From Archangium sp. (lineage in GTDB: Bacteria > Myxococcota > Myxococcia > Myxococcales > Myxococcaceae), in contig JAYUVR010000164.1 of the NCBI GenBank assembly GCA_043753955.1, positions 1-47,177 of the forward strand: a DNA stretch of 47,177 nt, written 5' to 3'. The notes beneath the pieces were generated by a model. It saw only the letters and a list, made by a program, of their open reading frames with translations. It had not been told where the DNA came from and ran no database searches. Of the stretch, positions 46,529-47,177 are shown piece by piece (positions within the stretch are counted from its first letter, which is position 1; every line of letters begins with the position of its first letter). The position numbers and the translations under genes are program-made.

Positions 46529-47176
46529 TTAGTTCACACCGTCACTTGAGACTTTTGTCCGCATGCCTATTGCAGCCACCTTGGGCCGCGGAAGAAGCAG
46601 CTCAAACGCGCCCCCCTTTTCGGGAACCGCGAACCAAATGCAATGACGTTTCGCTCGCGTGAGAGCGACGTAGGCGAGCCGAAGCGCCTCATCTCTTTGT
46701 GCTTCATCGTAAGACTTAGGAAATTTCGCCAGAGCGTAAGCCAGATTTCTGAATGGTGATTCACCTTCGTAAATACAGTCACCCACAAGCACGCAGAGGT
46801 CTGCTTCCAAGCCTTTGCTCTTGTGAAATGTCATGACCGTGGGATTGATTCCAAGCCGCTGCTTTCTCAGCTCGCTGGTCACTTCGCTGGTGGCCTTGTT
46901 TGTTCTTCCCATAACAAAGACGGTGGGCGGAGACTCAGATGGAAACTTTGAAACCAATCGCCGCAGTTCAGTCACCACGGTGCTCGGGCAATCAGAGGGG
47001 TGAAGATCAATTTTTCCAGACTCAGGAGTACGGGACAGACCGTGCTTTTGGGTTTTGGCGTCAGCGCAGACGCCCGACAAAATCAGCTCGGCGCCATCGA
47101 TAATATTTTGGCCTGAACGAAAGTTGTCTTCCAGGGTGACACGTGTGAGCTGTGAGCTTGGAAATTCTCGCTCATA
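46529..47176 (-). CDS. UvrD/Rep/PcrA-like SF1 helicase, C-terminal part only (N-terminus outside window)
   Basis: The frame is open to the window edge. Motif IV 'NFRSGQNIIDGA', motif V 'TFHKSKGLEADLCVL', motif VI 'YVALTRAKRHC'. Confidence 0.8.
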   Translation of the reverse strand, partial: YEREFPSSQLTRVTLEDNFRSGQNIIDGAELILSGVCADAKTQKHGLSRTPESGKIDLHPSDCPSTVVTELRRLVSKFPSESPPTVFVMGRTNKATSEVTSELRKQRLGINPTVMTFHKSKGLEADLCVLVGDCIYEGESPFRNLAYALAKFPKSYDEAQRDEALRLAYVALTRAKRHCIWFAVPEKGGAFELLLPRPKVAAIGMRTKVSSDGVN

Positions 47177-47177
47177 G

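Overview
47.2-kb chromosomal window, compact, with mostly intact genes. G+C is roughly 60% by eye. The gene content suggests a Myxococcota-like organism (inference only): two TIGR03001-type sigma-70 factors, a Hanks Ser/Thr kinase with an anti-sigma-like H-x3-C-x2-C N-terminus, PEGA/TPR proteins, a TIGR02996-like motif, and many lipoproteins and Cys-rich secreted proteins.

Housekeeping genes I recognise: carB, ltaE, rarD, a DTW-domain (TapT-like) gene, a MaoC/hydratase-2 gene, and two convergent speA paralogs.

Accessory content:
- A 5'-truncated Fic gene next to a three-gene hipB-hipS-hipT module, with ATGA-coupled ORFs and HipB-like palindromes upstream.
- An AAA_14/DUF4143 ATPase with a PD-(D/E)xK-like tail, followed 25 nt later by a 489-aa protein that I read as a ViaA-like vWA protein with a degenerate MIDAS. 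This pair sits near the window centre.
- A decayed paralog of that ATPase across a 0.5-kb spacer. Both copies share an upstream palindromic motif.
- A Uma2-family nuclease gene bracketed by two diverged copies of a kinase 3' tail.
- A DNA-ligase remnant whose KxDG motif is readable only out of frame.
- A low-G+C islet with an orphan 282-aa ORF.
- A UvrD-like helicase cut by the 3' window edge.

I found no rRNA, tRNA, CRISPR array, transposase or integrase.

My best candidate for an undescribed system is the ATPase-nuclease plus degenerate-vWA pair (20370-23046). This rests on motif recognition from memory and on adjacency, not on any search. All family calls are made by eye from the translated ORFs, and start codons are often ambiguous.
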